Of a stretch of DNA of 64,000 nt, positions 54,490 to 63,567 are shown one piece after another (the stretch's first letter is position 1; every line of letters begins with the position of its first letter). This DNA comes from Thermoplasmatales archaeon. GTDB lineage: Archaea > Thermoplasmatota > Thermoplasmata > Thermoplasmatales > GCA-001856825. The notes under the pieces were generated by a model that worked only from the letters and a program-made list of their open reading frames with translations, was not told where the DNA came from and did not search any database. The stretch is from assembly GCA_038728965.1 (NCBI GenBank), contig JAVYSX010000002.1, positions 2,122-66,121 on the forward strand, written 5' to 3'. The position numbers and the translations under genes were made by a program.

Positions 54490-55569
54490 ATGGCCGTCGG
54501 CAAGGAGCTCATATTAAGCCGGGGGAAGGTACAGCTTCCCATATTCCTCCCTGTGGCAACCAGGGGATTTGTCAAGGCTGTACCTATGCACAGGATCAAT
54601 GAACTGGGAATTACCACGCTCATCTCCAACTCAGTGCACCTTGCAATATCGCCAGGGATAGAAACACTTGAAAGATCAGGGGGGATTAACGGCTATACCA
54701 AATTCTCCGGTAACTATTTCACGGATTCAGGTGGGTTTCAGATAATAAAGAAGGAACTTGTCAAAGTAAATGACGGGGGGATCACCTTCCGAGACAGGAA
54801 ATCGGGGAAGAAGATCTTTGTAAGTCCAGAGTACAGCTCGGAAATTCAAGCAAAAATCAGATCTAGTGTTGCGATGATGCTTGACGACTGCCCTTCATAT
54901 GGTGATGGTCAAGAAAGAATAAAGCTCTCCGTCAGGAGGACATACGAGTGGGGGAGGATTTTTTCGGAACGTCGTGTCATTGGTCAGAAAAAGTTCGGCA
55001 TAATACAGGGAGGTTTTGATCCTGACCTTAGGAGGCAGAGCGCCAAACTTATGACAGGCTTGGATTTTGACGGATTTGCTATTGGCGGGTTGAAAATAGG
55101 TGAACCTGCAGAACTGACGGACAAGATCCTCATTAAGGCCCTTCCACTTATTCCAGAAGGCTATCCTGTTTACCTGATGGGTGTAGGTGATCCCTTATCC
55201 ATATACCGTTATTCATCTCTTGGGGTTGACATATTCGATTCAACTTATCCAACGCGCAACGCACGGCATGGTTTTGCCCTAACCTCCGTGGGGCCTGTAA
55301 ACCTCAAGAACGCGAAGTATATGGATTACCTGGGGCCCATTGATGATTCCTGCGACTGTGAGGCATGCAGAAACTACAGCAGATCAGAACTTAGAGAAAT
55401 GTATAGAAATGAAGATCCTGCCTTCCAGTACCTCGTCACAATTCACAATCTAACATTCATGAACAAATTTATGGAATATATAAGAAACGGGGACAGAAAT
55501 GCTATAGAGATAGCTAGTAAGTTCAGTAAAATCAATAACTCAGTAGATCATAGCGTTCAAGATGGGTAG
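54490..55569 (+). CDS. tgtA: archaeal tRNA-guanine transglycosylase, catalytic domain only
   Basis: FTDSGGFQ (catalytic Asp), GIIQGG, GFAIGGL, LMGVGDP and the Zn site CDCEACRNY...IHNL. 359 aa with no C-terminal C1/C2/PUA region. Confidence 0.85.
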   Translation: MAVGKELILSRGKVQLPIFLPVATRGFVKAVPMHRINELGITTLISNSVHLAISPGIETLERSGGINGYTKFSGNYFTDSGGFQIIKKELVKVNDGGITFRDRKSGKKIFVSPEYSSEIQAKIRSSVAMMLDDCPSYGDGQERIKLSVRRTYEWGRIFSERRVIGQKKFGIIQGGFDPDLRRQSAKLMTGLDFDGFAIGGLKIGEPAELTDKILIKALPLIPEGYPVYLMGVGDPLSIYRYSSLGVDIFDSTYPTRNARHGFALTSVGPVNLKNAKYMDYLGPIDDSCDCEACRNYSRSELREMYRNEDPAFQYLVTIHNLTFMNKFMEYIRNGDRNAIEIASKFSKINNSVDHSVQDG

Positions 55570-55635
55570 GTGGCAGAGTGGCTATGCACGGGACTGCAGA
55601 TCCCGACTATTGGGGTTCGAATCCCCACCTACCCT
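55564..55635 (+). tRNA. tRNA-Cys(GCA)
   Basis: GGGTAGG-TG-GCAG..ATGC-A-CGGGA-CTGCAGA-TCCCG-ACTAT-TGGGG-TTCGAAT-CCCCA-CCTACCC-T. All four stems pair. The first 6 nt overlap the tgtA stop region. Confidence 0.9.
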
Positions 55636-55942
55636 TATTTGAAACCTTGCACCAACTGGGGTTTTTTACACAGCTCATGAATACTGAAGCACAGCGTATA
55701 TTGCAGAACTGGGTGCTTAAGAACCTCACATTTAGCGCGAAGGTTTAAGATTCTGTTCCTCATTGCACAAGCTCTCTACTATTTTCATTTCCCTAGAATA
55801 TTGCACCAATTTTGCTTTGGCTGGCCAATCTAGGTGATCGCTCTCCATTCAAGCAGTTGTGGTTGTTCCGTCTCTGCATTTAGGCATCCAGTAACTCCAA
55901 AATCACAATAAATATTAATACGGGGTTTTACAATCTTATCTC

Positions 55943-56443
55943 GTGCCCCCCTATGAATATGGGGACCTGGTCCGAAGGTCTAGATTACGGCGGAGGATCA
56001 AGACATATATTGTCGCGGGCATAGTTATATCTGTAGTCATACTTTTAAGTTTTGGAATCTATCACGAGCATTCCGCTGAAAATAAGGTCTCTGTCAGTCT
56101 CACATATTTCACGGACACTGTAATAAGGAACAGCACGGTAATCGAGGTACCTGCGATGAATTACTCTGCATTCACTACCACGCTTCACTACGATTCCCTT
56201 TTCCAAGGTTCCTTTCATTCATCTGTTAACATTGTAATGTATGTTCTCACTCTCAATGAATTCCAGGCCTTTGCTGCGAGGGAAATATTTGGGTATCTTT
56301 ACTCGACAGGCTTGGTCAACAGTTCGTACTTCTCAATATCCCTGATACCCGGAACATATTACATCGTTTTTTCTGACATGGCAAGTGGGATATCGGCCAC
56401 CGTGATCCTGACCAGTCCTTTTTTGGTGAGCTACTTCCTCTAG
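55943..56443 (+). CDS. membrane-anchored extracytoplasmic protein, unknown function
   Basis: 166 aa with a GTG start, a basic N-terminus plus a single TM (YIVAGIVISVVILLSFGIY), N-x-S/T sites and a PGTYYIVF motif. Confidence 0.45.
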   Translation: MPPYEYGDLVRRSRLRRRIKTYIVAGIVISVVILLSFGIYHEHSAENKVSVSLTYFTDTVIRNSTVIEVPAMNYSAFTTTLHYDSLFQGSFHSSVNIVMYVLTLNEFQAFAAREIFGYLYSTGLVNSSYFSISLIPGTYYIVFSDMASGISATVILTSPFLVSYFL

Positions 56444-57595
56444 CTACCTCTCGTCTATTGGTATGTATTTATTCCCTATCTGCCCTGAATAATATTCAAG
56501 CGGTCTGAAGAGTTTGTTGTTGTTCCAGTATTCCAAAATGTGAGCTCCCCAGCCTGCCATTCTTGAAGATACAAATATTGGGGTGAAAAGTTCACTTTCT
56601 ATGCCCAAAACCCTGTAGAGGGGGCCAGAGAAGAAATCTATATTAGGCCAGATCCCCTTTGTTTTTCCCAATTTTTCTATCATAAGCTTCTCTGCCCTAA
56701 TTGCTATCTTTAAAAGGGTCTCCACCTCTTCCGTTGGTTCTCTTGTGAGGCTCTCATCAAGATACCTTCTAACAATTCTTGCCCTCGGATCGTACACCTT
56801 GTAAATTCTGTGGCCGAAGCCCATGATCTTCTTTTTACCTTCCAAAGCATCCTCGATGTAGCGTTCCGTATTGTCAGGATTTCCGATAGCATACATCATC
56901 TTTAGAGCGGCTTCATCAGCACCCCCGTGCAGCGGCCCCCTAAGGGTCCCTATTCCTGTTGTAACGGCAGAATAAACATCGGCAAGTGTGGATGCCGTTA
57001 CGAGAACTGAAAATGTAGATGCATTAGTACTGTGTTCAGCGTGCAAAATGAACATTAGATCCATCAATTTCGCATCAAAATCGCTCGGTTTCTTTCCTTT
57101 GAGCATGTAAAGGAAATTTGAAGGTATAGAAAGACTCCTGTCCGGATTGATGGGCGGTAGCCCCCTTTTGAATCTTCCTGTTAGTGCAGCGATGAGCGGG
57201 AGCCTAGCAAGCAGGGTGATTATCTTATCGAGCGTGGCATCCCTTTCCCTGTTCAGCGGATCCTGATCATAGACGCTCAACATGGAAGCTGCTGTCCTCA
57301 TAACATCCATGGGGTGCGTTCTCACCGAGATTAGCCTTACCAGATCAATGATCTCCTGCGGGAGTTCCATCCTCTCAGAAAGTTTTGTCCTGAATGAATT
57401 CAGTTCAGCTCTTGAAGGCAATTTTCCATATACTAGGAGGTATACAACCTCCTCAAAATTTGATTTATCCGCAAGGTCTTCTATGGAATATCCCCTGTAC
57501 CACAACTTCCCATTCAATCCATCAACGAGTGATATCGAGCTCTCATCAACATATACCCCCTCCAATCCATAATTTATAGTAGGTTTCTCAGCCAT
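56444..57595 (-). CDS. gltA: citrate synthase
   Basis: 383 aa with LHAEHSTNAST, GPLHGGA, GFGHRIYK and the catalytic-Asp region. Confidence 0.9.
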   Translation of the reverse strand: MAEKPTINYGLEGVYVDESSISLVDGLNGKLWYRGYSIEDLADKSNFEEVVYLLVYGKLPSRAELNSFRTKLSERMELPQEIIDLVRLISVRTHPMDVMRTAASMLSVYDQDPLNRERDATLDKIITLLARLPLIAALTGRFKRGLPPINPDRSLSIPSNFLYMLKGKKPSDFDAKLMDLMFILHAEHSTNASTFSVLVTASTLADVYSAVTTGIGTLRGPLHGGADEAALKMMYAIGNPDNTERYIEDALEGKKKIMGFGHRIYKVYDPRARIVRRYLDESLTREPTEEVETLLKIAIRAEKLMIEKLGKTKGIWPNIDFFSGPLYRVLGIESELFTPIFVSSRMAGWGAHILEYWNNNKLFRPLEYYSGQIGNKYIPIDER

Positions 57596-57886
57596 ATTGA
57601 TCGATATATAGAGACGTTACAATTATTTAATGCTATTTTTATCTAATGGCGCGTTGGCCATGATTAGTCTAAATTAATGTTTTTATGTTCGTTCAAATTG
57701 GTTGAATTAGCATCCCGGTCCTGGAATAGAGAGTTTTTATTGCGACGTTTTGTAACTCATCTTCCACTCTTTATAACGGTTTGAGATGGTACTGATAATA
57801 AAGTTATAACAAATAGCGACTTACTGCCCGCATAAATTCGGGGAAAATTTTAATCCGAAAATGAAATCCCATTTATCAATTCTTAT

Positions 57887-58624
57887 ATGAAAGGTAAAAC
57901 AAATAATGATATCAACGGAATGCATAAATACTGGCACTATGGTCTCACCGTCTTTACTCTCCTCGCCATACTAGCATCAGCTGCGCTGCTGAATGGGTTT
58001 TATCACTTCTATTCAGTCCAGTCTTACAGACTGAAAGATGTCACCATTCCTCTAGCCGGATTCCTTGCAGGTTACGCAGGAATATTCATCAGCATTCTGC
58101 TCCTTCCGATCCCAGATTACGTTCTGATACCGTCCTATGGTTACCTATGCTCGATCGGTGTTTTCAACCCTTACCTTACCCTGCTGGCAAGCACTGCCGG
58201 CGCAGTAATCCCAATCGAATTCATACTGGGTCTTTACGCAGGCTCCAGAATTCTTAAGAAGATCCTATCCCACATGAGGATCTCGGATGCAAGAATTTCC
58301 GTTGCTACAGACTGGGTGAAGAGACACGGTAATTTCTCAGTGTTTCTAGCAACTTTTGTGCCATTTTTCTACAGTGCTGCATCATTTTCGGCCGGAACAC
58401 TTAAAATGCGGTTTTCTTCCTTCATGATCGTCAGCACGGTAGGATTCTCACTCAGATACATAGGGCTTGAATTGATCGGCTACTATGGTCTGTACCTCTT
58501 CACGTCCCAGTATGATTACAAGTATAGGTATGTATTCGCGAGTCTTCTCGTGACATCAGCATTATACGCTATAGCATATTCTCTCAAAAGTAACCAGGCA
58601 TCAAAAGCGCCAATGCCTTACTAA
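57887..58624 (+). CDS. DedA/VTT-domain membrane protein
   Basis: 245 aa. LATFVPFFYSAASFSAGTLKMRFSSFMIVSTVGFSLRY resembles the DedA re-entrant motif. Confidence 0.55.
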   Translation: MKGKTNNDINGMHKYWHYGLTVFTLLAILASAALLNGFYHFYSVQSYRLKDVTIPLAGFLAGYAGIFISILLLPIPDYVLIPSYGYLCSIGVFNPYLTLLASTAGAVIPIEFILGLYAGSRILKKILSHMRISDARISVATDWVKRHGNFSVFLATFVPFFYSAASFSAGTLKMRFSSFMIVSTVGFSLRYIGLELIGYYGLYLFTSQYDYKYRYVFASLLVTSALYAIAYSLKSNQASKAPMPY

Positions 58625-58941
58625 TCGATTTTTACGCATTTTCTTGCGCCACCTACCCCGGGGGAATACCTGTGAGCCATACAATTTTATACTTTATAAG
58701 AAAACTGAACAATCTTATTTTGGAATGGGGCTCTGAAATTGAGGAGTGGCGGTGGAACTTTGTGAAGGATTTCTATATCAATAAAAAACCATAATTTTCC
58801 AACTTCTGGGCCAAAGATTTAAGAGGATTTCTGCATCCCTCGGCAACCTTATTGTGATACTTCCTGTTTAATCTACAAAAAGTCATTAGATAACTCCTGG
58901 CTATTACTGATAGTTAAGAATGGTACCGGCAGCATGCAGGC

Positions 58942-60315
58942 TCATTCAAGTCTAAATTGTCTGCTAACTTCATCAAGAATGGCCTTCTCTCGCTCGACTG
59001 CTACGTTGATCATACACTGTTTTGCACTCTCGTAGCCGTTGCTGCCAAGTTTATCAGGGTCACTTTTAAGCGCATTCAGGATTGCTTCAGCGGCTTTCTC
59101 ATAGTCGCCCGATGGGAAAACATATCCGTTCGACCCGTTGATCACCAGCTCGCTCGCACCAACTCCGCTACTAACAACAACCGGTTTCTTGTGCAACCAC
59201 CCCTCCAGAACCGTTATTCCGAAACCCTCTATGTTTGAAGTCAGAAGAACAACAGAAACCAGGGAATAAGCCGCCTTCAATTCTTCTTGTGTAGAATGAC
59301 CCAGGAAGAATACCCTGTCGGACACACCTAGCTCCCTGGATAAGTTTTCTAGCTCTCTCTTCCACTGTGCGCCCTTTCCGTAACCCAGACCACCCTTTTG
59401 GGAGGAGGAAAAACTCCCATCCCCTATAAGTAGGAGTTTCGATTTTACCCTCTTTGAAAGGATAGCAAAAGCCTTTATACCTATATCCTGGGACTTTATT
59501 CTATCCATGCGCGCGACCAAGAGAATGAGCTTCTCATCATCTTTTAGATCTATCCTTTCTCTAAGCCTCTCGATCTCCTCCCATCCTGCTGGAGGGTACC
59601 ATTCATCTGGATCAATGTACGGGTAGAGCTGGAATGCCTTTCCCCTGAAATCCGAGTTAACTAATCCTTCCAGATCACGCCTCGTGCTTACAATAACGGC
59701 ATCGAAACTTTCCATCCCCTTAATGATAATCCTTCTCGCAAAATCACCAAGGATACCCGGTACAAGCGGTACGTGCCACCTCAGTAGAGCTGGAGCAGGA
59801 GGGCCTATGAACGTTCCAGTGAGGAGCAGCTGGAAGTCCTGGATGTAAAATATGTCAACATCCTTTATATAATCGAACATTCTGCTAGCATTCACCCAGT
59901 TGTAATGTGCATAGGCCTTGAAGCCATCTGTTGTAAATTTACCGTTCTCGACCCCGTGGATCTCATTCCAGAGTTTTTCCTTGAACCAGGTGTATTCCCT
60001 TAGTATTTTTTCCTCTACCTCCACGTGCGACACTAAAATATTGTCAACTAGGACGTTAGGAGGGGAATTGATCCCCAGCGCGACCCATGTGACAGCGCTT
60101 ACGGATGAATCTTGCATCATTTTCTTAACTGATGGGAATATCATGTTTGTCACCCCACCGGGGGTAAACTCATAATCGATACCTTCCTCAAGCTCCGATA
60201 CGTTCACCGGATCTGAAAGGGTCCCATACTTCTCCAGGAGATTCTCGTAACTTAATTTGAATCTAACTATTGGAGTCTGGCTGTTTATGCAGATCTTCAT
60301 GGAATCATCACTCAA
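58942..60315 (-). CDS. GT4-family (GT-B) glycosyltransferase with an extended N-terminal domain
   Basis: The C-terminal half reads LLLIGDGS...FLGH...SNIEGFGITVLEGW...PVVVS..G, the EX7E glycos_transf_1 signature. Confidence 0.75.
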   Translation of the reverse strand: MSDDSMKICINSQTPIVRFKLSYENLLEKYGTLSDPVNVSELEEGIDYEFTPGGVTNMIFPSVKKMMQDSSVSAVTWVALGINSPPNVLVDNILVSHVEVEEKILREYTWFKEKLWNEIHGVENGKFTTDGFKAYAHYNWVNASRMFDYIKDVDIFYIQDFQLLLTGTFIGPPAPALLRWHVPLVPGILGDFARRIIIKGMESFDAVIVSTRRDLEGLVNSDFRGKAFQLYPYIDPDEWYPPAGWEEIERLRERIDLKDDEKLILLVARMDRIKSQDIGIKAFAILSKRVKSKLLLIGDGSFSSSQKGGLGYGKGAQWKRELENLSRELGVSDRVFFLGHSTQEELKAAYSLVSVVLLTSNIEGFGITVLEGWLHKKPVVVSSGVGASELVINGSNGYVFPSGDYEKAAEAILNALKSDPDKLGSNGYESAKQCMINVAVEREKAILDEVSRQFRLE

Positions 60316-60404
60316 TAATCATCTATTATATCTTTCCTTTTTCTGTTTTTGGCAAGTAACAAGCGCAGTGACGAAATACATTTATAAATTCATCCTAAGA
60401 ATAG

Positions 60405-61022
60405 GTGATGATCACCAATGAGTTCCGCATCGTCATGGATGGGCTAACTGGAAACAGTGAGCAAACATCAAGGATAATGAGAGAGAGCCTCGCTGTTTGG
60501 GAATACGTGCATAGAAAAATTGGAAGTGGGAGGTACTGGCAGATAACCAAGGATGAGGTCAGGGTCCTATATTCCTTAATCGCTGCCAGGAGGCCCAAGG
60601 TCGTGATAGAAACGGGCATGGGGCCCGGAGTTTCAACAACTTCAATTCTGTCAGGTCTAAAGGGTTCCGGAAAGGTAATTAGCATCGATCCTGGAGAGCC
60701 TTACGGTAAGGGAGACAGAGACATTGGTTTCGTAATTCCGGAGGAACTGAAAAAGGATCTCATATACGCGAAGGGAAGAACTTCAGATAAGCTAAATGAA
60801 GTATTGAAAAAAATCGGAAGGGTGGATTTTTTCTTCCACGATTCCGATCATTCGTATGAAAACGTGATCTTTGAACTTGAAACTGTATTTCCATACCTAA
60901 GTTTAAATTATTTAATCGTTATTGATAACTACAACTGGTCCGACGCCCCTGCTCACTTCGCCAAAAATCACGGTCTAAGATTGTTGCACATTGCAGACGA
61001 TATGGCATTGATCACAGAGTAA
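60405..61022 (+). CDS. class I SAM-dependent methyltransferase (CmcI/Methyltransf_24-like)
   Basis: 205 aa with VVIETGMGPGVST (motif I), ISIDP and FFFHDSDHSYENV. Confidence 0.6.
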   Translation: MMITNEFRIVMDGLTGNSEQTSRIMRESLAVWEYVHRKIGSGRYWQITKDEVRVLYSLIAARRPKVVIETGMGPGVSTTSILSGLKGSGKVISIDPGEPYGKGDRDIGFVIPEELKKDLIYAKGRTSDKLNEVLKKIGRVDFFFHDSDHSYENVIFELETVFPYLSLNYLIVIDNYNWSDAPAHFAKNHGLRLLHIADDMALITE

Positions 61023-61033
61023 TGCGCCCATTA

Positions 61034-61792
61034 TCACAAAGGTGCTTTTTCCAAGAATTCCTTTACAGAATTGTCCAGAAAACTCGACCATGCGATCAGC
61101 GGAAGAATCGAACTCCTTATCGTGAGAATCTTAGATGATGCATATGGAATGAAGGGGATGTTAGTTTTAACGTTCGCAAGAACAAGATTTTCTGGTCTAC
61201 CCTTGAACCTCGAAGTCTTCTTTCCACGTAGCATTTCCTGCCACTCCTCATCGGATACCTGTCCTATGCTTCTCCTGATAATTGTTTCAGCCGATATCCT
61301 AACAAAATTCCAGGAAAAAGATTTGCCAGAGAATATGAGGAGTGTATACGAATTCCCGTTAAAATTTGCAATCTTTTCGATCGCCACTCTCTTATTTCTG
61401 TCCCTTGAAAAATTGCTAAGATTCCCGTTTAGGAATTCATTTATGGCACAAGATAGCTTGAGTGGGTCAGTGGCGTGAGGAGAGACGTACCAGTATTCTT
61501 TTTCAATTCCAGATCTTAGGTTGATGAATTCGTTACTGGCAAAGTAGGCCGTTACTGCTATCCCGCTAAGAGAATCCACCACCTTACATAGCTTCAAAAC
61601 ATCGTCGTACTCGACTTCAATAACTGTAGCCGCAGACCTGACGTGCGAATCTGTCCTAGAGGAGGATAGTACTTTCCTTATTCCGAGTGGGTTAAGAGCC
61701 CTCAGGATTTCTCCCTGTACAGTTCTGATACCTGGCTGTGTCTGGAACCCATGGAATGTATCATCGTACGCTATTTTCAACAGGCAGAACAA
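61034..61792 (-). CDS. truA: tRNA pseudouridine synthase A
   Basis: LKIAYDDTFHGFQTQPGIRTVQGEI and SSSRTDSHVRS (catalytic Asp of the RTD motif). The track ORF starts at a TTG at 61825; the TTGs at 61792/61780 reduce the overlap with the upstream gene. Confidence 0.75.
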   Translation of the reverse strand: MFCLLKIAYDDTFHGFQTQPGIRTVQGEILRALNPLGIRKVLSSSRTDSHVRSAATVIEVEYDDVLKLCKVVDSLSGIAVTAYFASNEFINLRSGIEKEYWYVSPHATDPLKLSCAINEFLNGNLSNFSRDRNKRVAIEKIANFNGNSYTLLIFSGKSFSWNFVRISAETIIRRSIGQVSDEEWQEMLRGKKTSRFKGRPENLVLANVKTNIPFIPYASSKILTIRSSILPLIAWSSFLDNSVKEFLEKAPL

Positions 61793-62660
61793 AGTCCCTG
61801 TACCTCCTGGAAAGCCTGTCCGCAAGCTTCGTTTGCGGGAAATGGCCCTCCTTCATGAGTAGCTGCAGTGCCGTTTCAAGCGGCGTACCAAACCCGTAAG
61901 ATATTATGTATTTTCCGTATATTCTCGCGACCATCTCTCCACCGATGTAAACATTTTCCCCTTCAGTGTGGCCCATCAGCAATTTTTTTGCTATCCCCAC
62001 AGTTGAATTGTCCGTGTTGGCACCAGCAACCGTGGCAAGCCCCCTACCGAGCGGATGAAGGACGCCGTTACCATCCACGGCGTTGAGTCTCCCCTTCGAA
62101 AGGAGACACTCAACTATTTCCCCCTCGCGAAGATAGAGGTAGTTGGGAATGTATGGTGCTCTTACCTTTTTAACTGAAATCTCAAATGTCACCTCCTTTC
62201 CAAAATCAACAGCAACGCCCACCCCTATCCTACCTTTGTAAGATACATCTATTGCTCTCACAGATTCCGTCGATCCGTCACGCTTTGAAATATCAAGATT
62301 CTTAACCTGTTCATTGTATCTTTTAAGGGGGAATTCTGATTTGAACTCGGTGAATTTGACTCTTTCCATGTTCTCAACCCTTCCGTTTATGACAGGGATT
62401 CCGTCACTCCTCAATCTTCTTATCTTCTCACTGACCCCTCTCGGATGCGTGTAGCCACCGATGCGTCCGTCTGACATTACCACTCTGTAGCAGGGTATGG
62501 AATCGGGTTCCTCATTTTCTGACAGCATCTGCCCTACAGCTCTTGAGGCAACTATATCTCCCAATTGCATCGCAAGGTCTCCGTAGGTGGAAACGTACCC
62601 TTCTGGAATTTGCCTGACCAGCTCGTAGAATGCTTCGTAGATATCCGGCTTATCTATCAT
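61761..62660 (-). CDS. nfi: bifunctional O6-alkylguanine-DNA alkyltransferase-like / endonuclease V fusion protein
   Basis: N-terminus IPEGYVSTYGDLA...ASRAVGQ...IPCYRVV (AGT DNA-binding and active-site domain). C-terminus AIDVSY, YIPNYLYLREGE, VDGNGVLHPLGRGLATVAG and VGIAKK (EndoV motifs). Confidence 0.85.
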   Translation of the reverse strand: MIDKPDIYEAFYELVRQIPEGYVSTYGDLAMQLGDIVASRAVGQMLSENEEPDSIPCYRVVMSDGRIGGYTHPRGVSEKIRRLRSDGIPVINGRVENMERVKFTEFKSEFPLKRYNEQVKNLDISKRDGSTESVRAIDVSYKGRIGVGVAVDFGKEVTFEISVKKVRAPYIPNYLYLREGEIVECLLSKGRLNAVDGNGVLHPLGRGLATVAGANTDNSTVGIAKKLLMGHTEGENVYIGGEMVARIYGKYIISYGFGTPLETALQLLMKEGHFPQTKLADRLSRRYRDFVLPVENSVR

Positions 62661-63567
62661 TGAGACCTACTTCCATTTCCTGCAGCTCCTCAGCGGCCAA
62701 TACGTTCGGGAATACAGATTTGGCCTCACTCACGATAGGTGAAATATCGGCATATCTGGGACTGAAATGCAGCAAAATTAGTTTCCTGGAATTTGAGTCC
62801 CTTGCCTGAATGGCCGCGTCATAACCAGTCGAATGCCCGTAGGATACGACCTTATCTTTAAATGAGGTATCACCAGTCGCCTCGTGGATCAGAATAGTTG
62901 AATCCCTGAATAATTCTAGAAGTGCAGGATCTCTCCTCGTATCACCGGAATATGATATTTTCCTGCCCTTCCTTATTCCTCCGGAGATATCCTTCGCCTC
63001 TATTGTCCTCCCCAAATACTCAGCGCTACCGTTTCTCCTTATCTTTTCGAGGAGGTTCCTTGGAATTCCCAGGTTTTGTATTTTTACTTCATCGAATTTG
63101 GGAACATCTTTCTCTATAAATGCGTACGATAGCGCCGGTATTGTGTGATTTGCCTTGGCGGATTTTATCGTATAATCTCCAAAATCCAGGGTCTCGTCCC
63201 CGTAAAGATCCTTTATCCTGATGTCAAAGTTCAGAGAAAAATAGCCGATTGAGAGAAGATTGCTGAGTATGACGGATGAGCCAATCGGCCCATATATTTC
63301 CAGCGGATCGCTCCTGCCATAGAAACTCATCGTCTGAATTAACCCAGGTAAACCGAGGAAATGGTCTCCGTGATAATGTGTGATGAATATTCTCTTTATC
63401 TTCATCATTGAGAGGGAACTCTTCATCAAAGATGTCTGGGTGGTTTCCCCACAGTCGAAAAGAATAGCCTCCTCGTCAATCCTAAGCGCTATACTGAGTG
63501 TATTCCTCTGAGGTGTTGGCCAGGACCCCCCTGTCCCGAGTATATACAATTTAACCGTCGACAGCAT
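62650..63567 (-). CDS. rnz: ribonuclease Z (tRNA 3' endonuclease)
   Basis: 305 aa metallo-beta-lactamase fold with ILGTGGSWP, FDCGE, ITHYHGDH and LLHFSPRY. Confidence 0.85.
   Translation of the reverse strand: MLSTVKLYILGTGGSWPTPQRNTLSIALRIDEEAILFDCGETTQTSLMKSSLSMMKIKRIFITHYHGDHFLGLPGLIQTMSFYGRSDPLEIYGPIGSSVILSNLLSIGYFSLNFDIRIKDLYGDETLDFGDYTIKSAKANHTIPALSYAFIEKDVPKFDEVKIQNLGIPRNLLEKIRRNGSAEYLGRTIEAKDISGGIRKGRKISYSGDTRRDPALLELFRDSTILIHEATGDTSFKDKVVSYGHSTGYDAAIQARDSNSRKLILLHFSPRYADISPIVSEAKSVFPNVLAAEELQEMEVGLNDR

Noticed and set aside
58649-58658. 10-nt match CCACCTACCC to the 3' end of tRNA-Cys (55625-55634), considered as attL/attR of a tRNA-integrated element spanning 55.6-58.7 kb
   Set aside because: A 10-mer match is expected by chance at roughly 0.1 per window. 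The enclosed genes include citrate synthase and a DedA protein, and there is no integrase. Evidence for a mobile element is insufficient.
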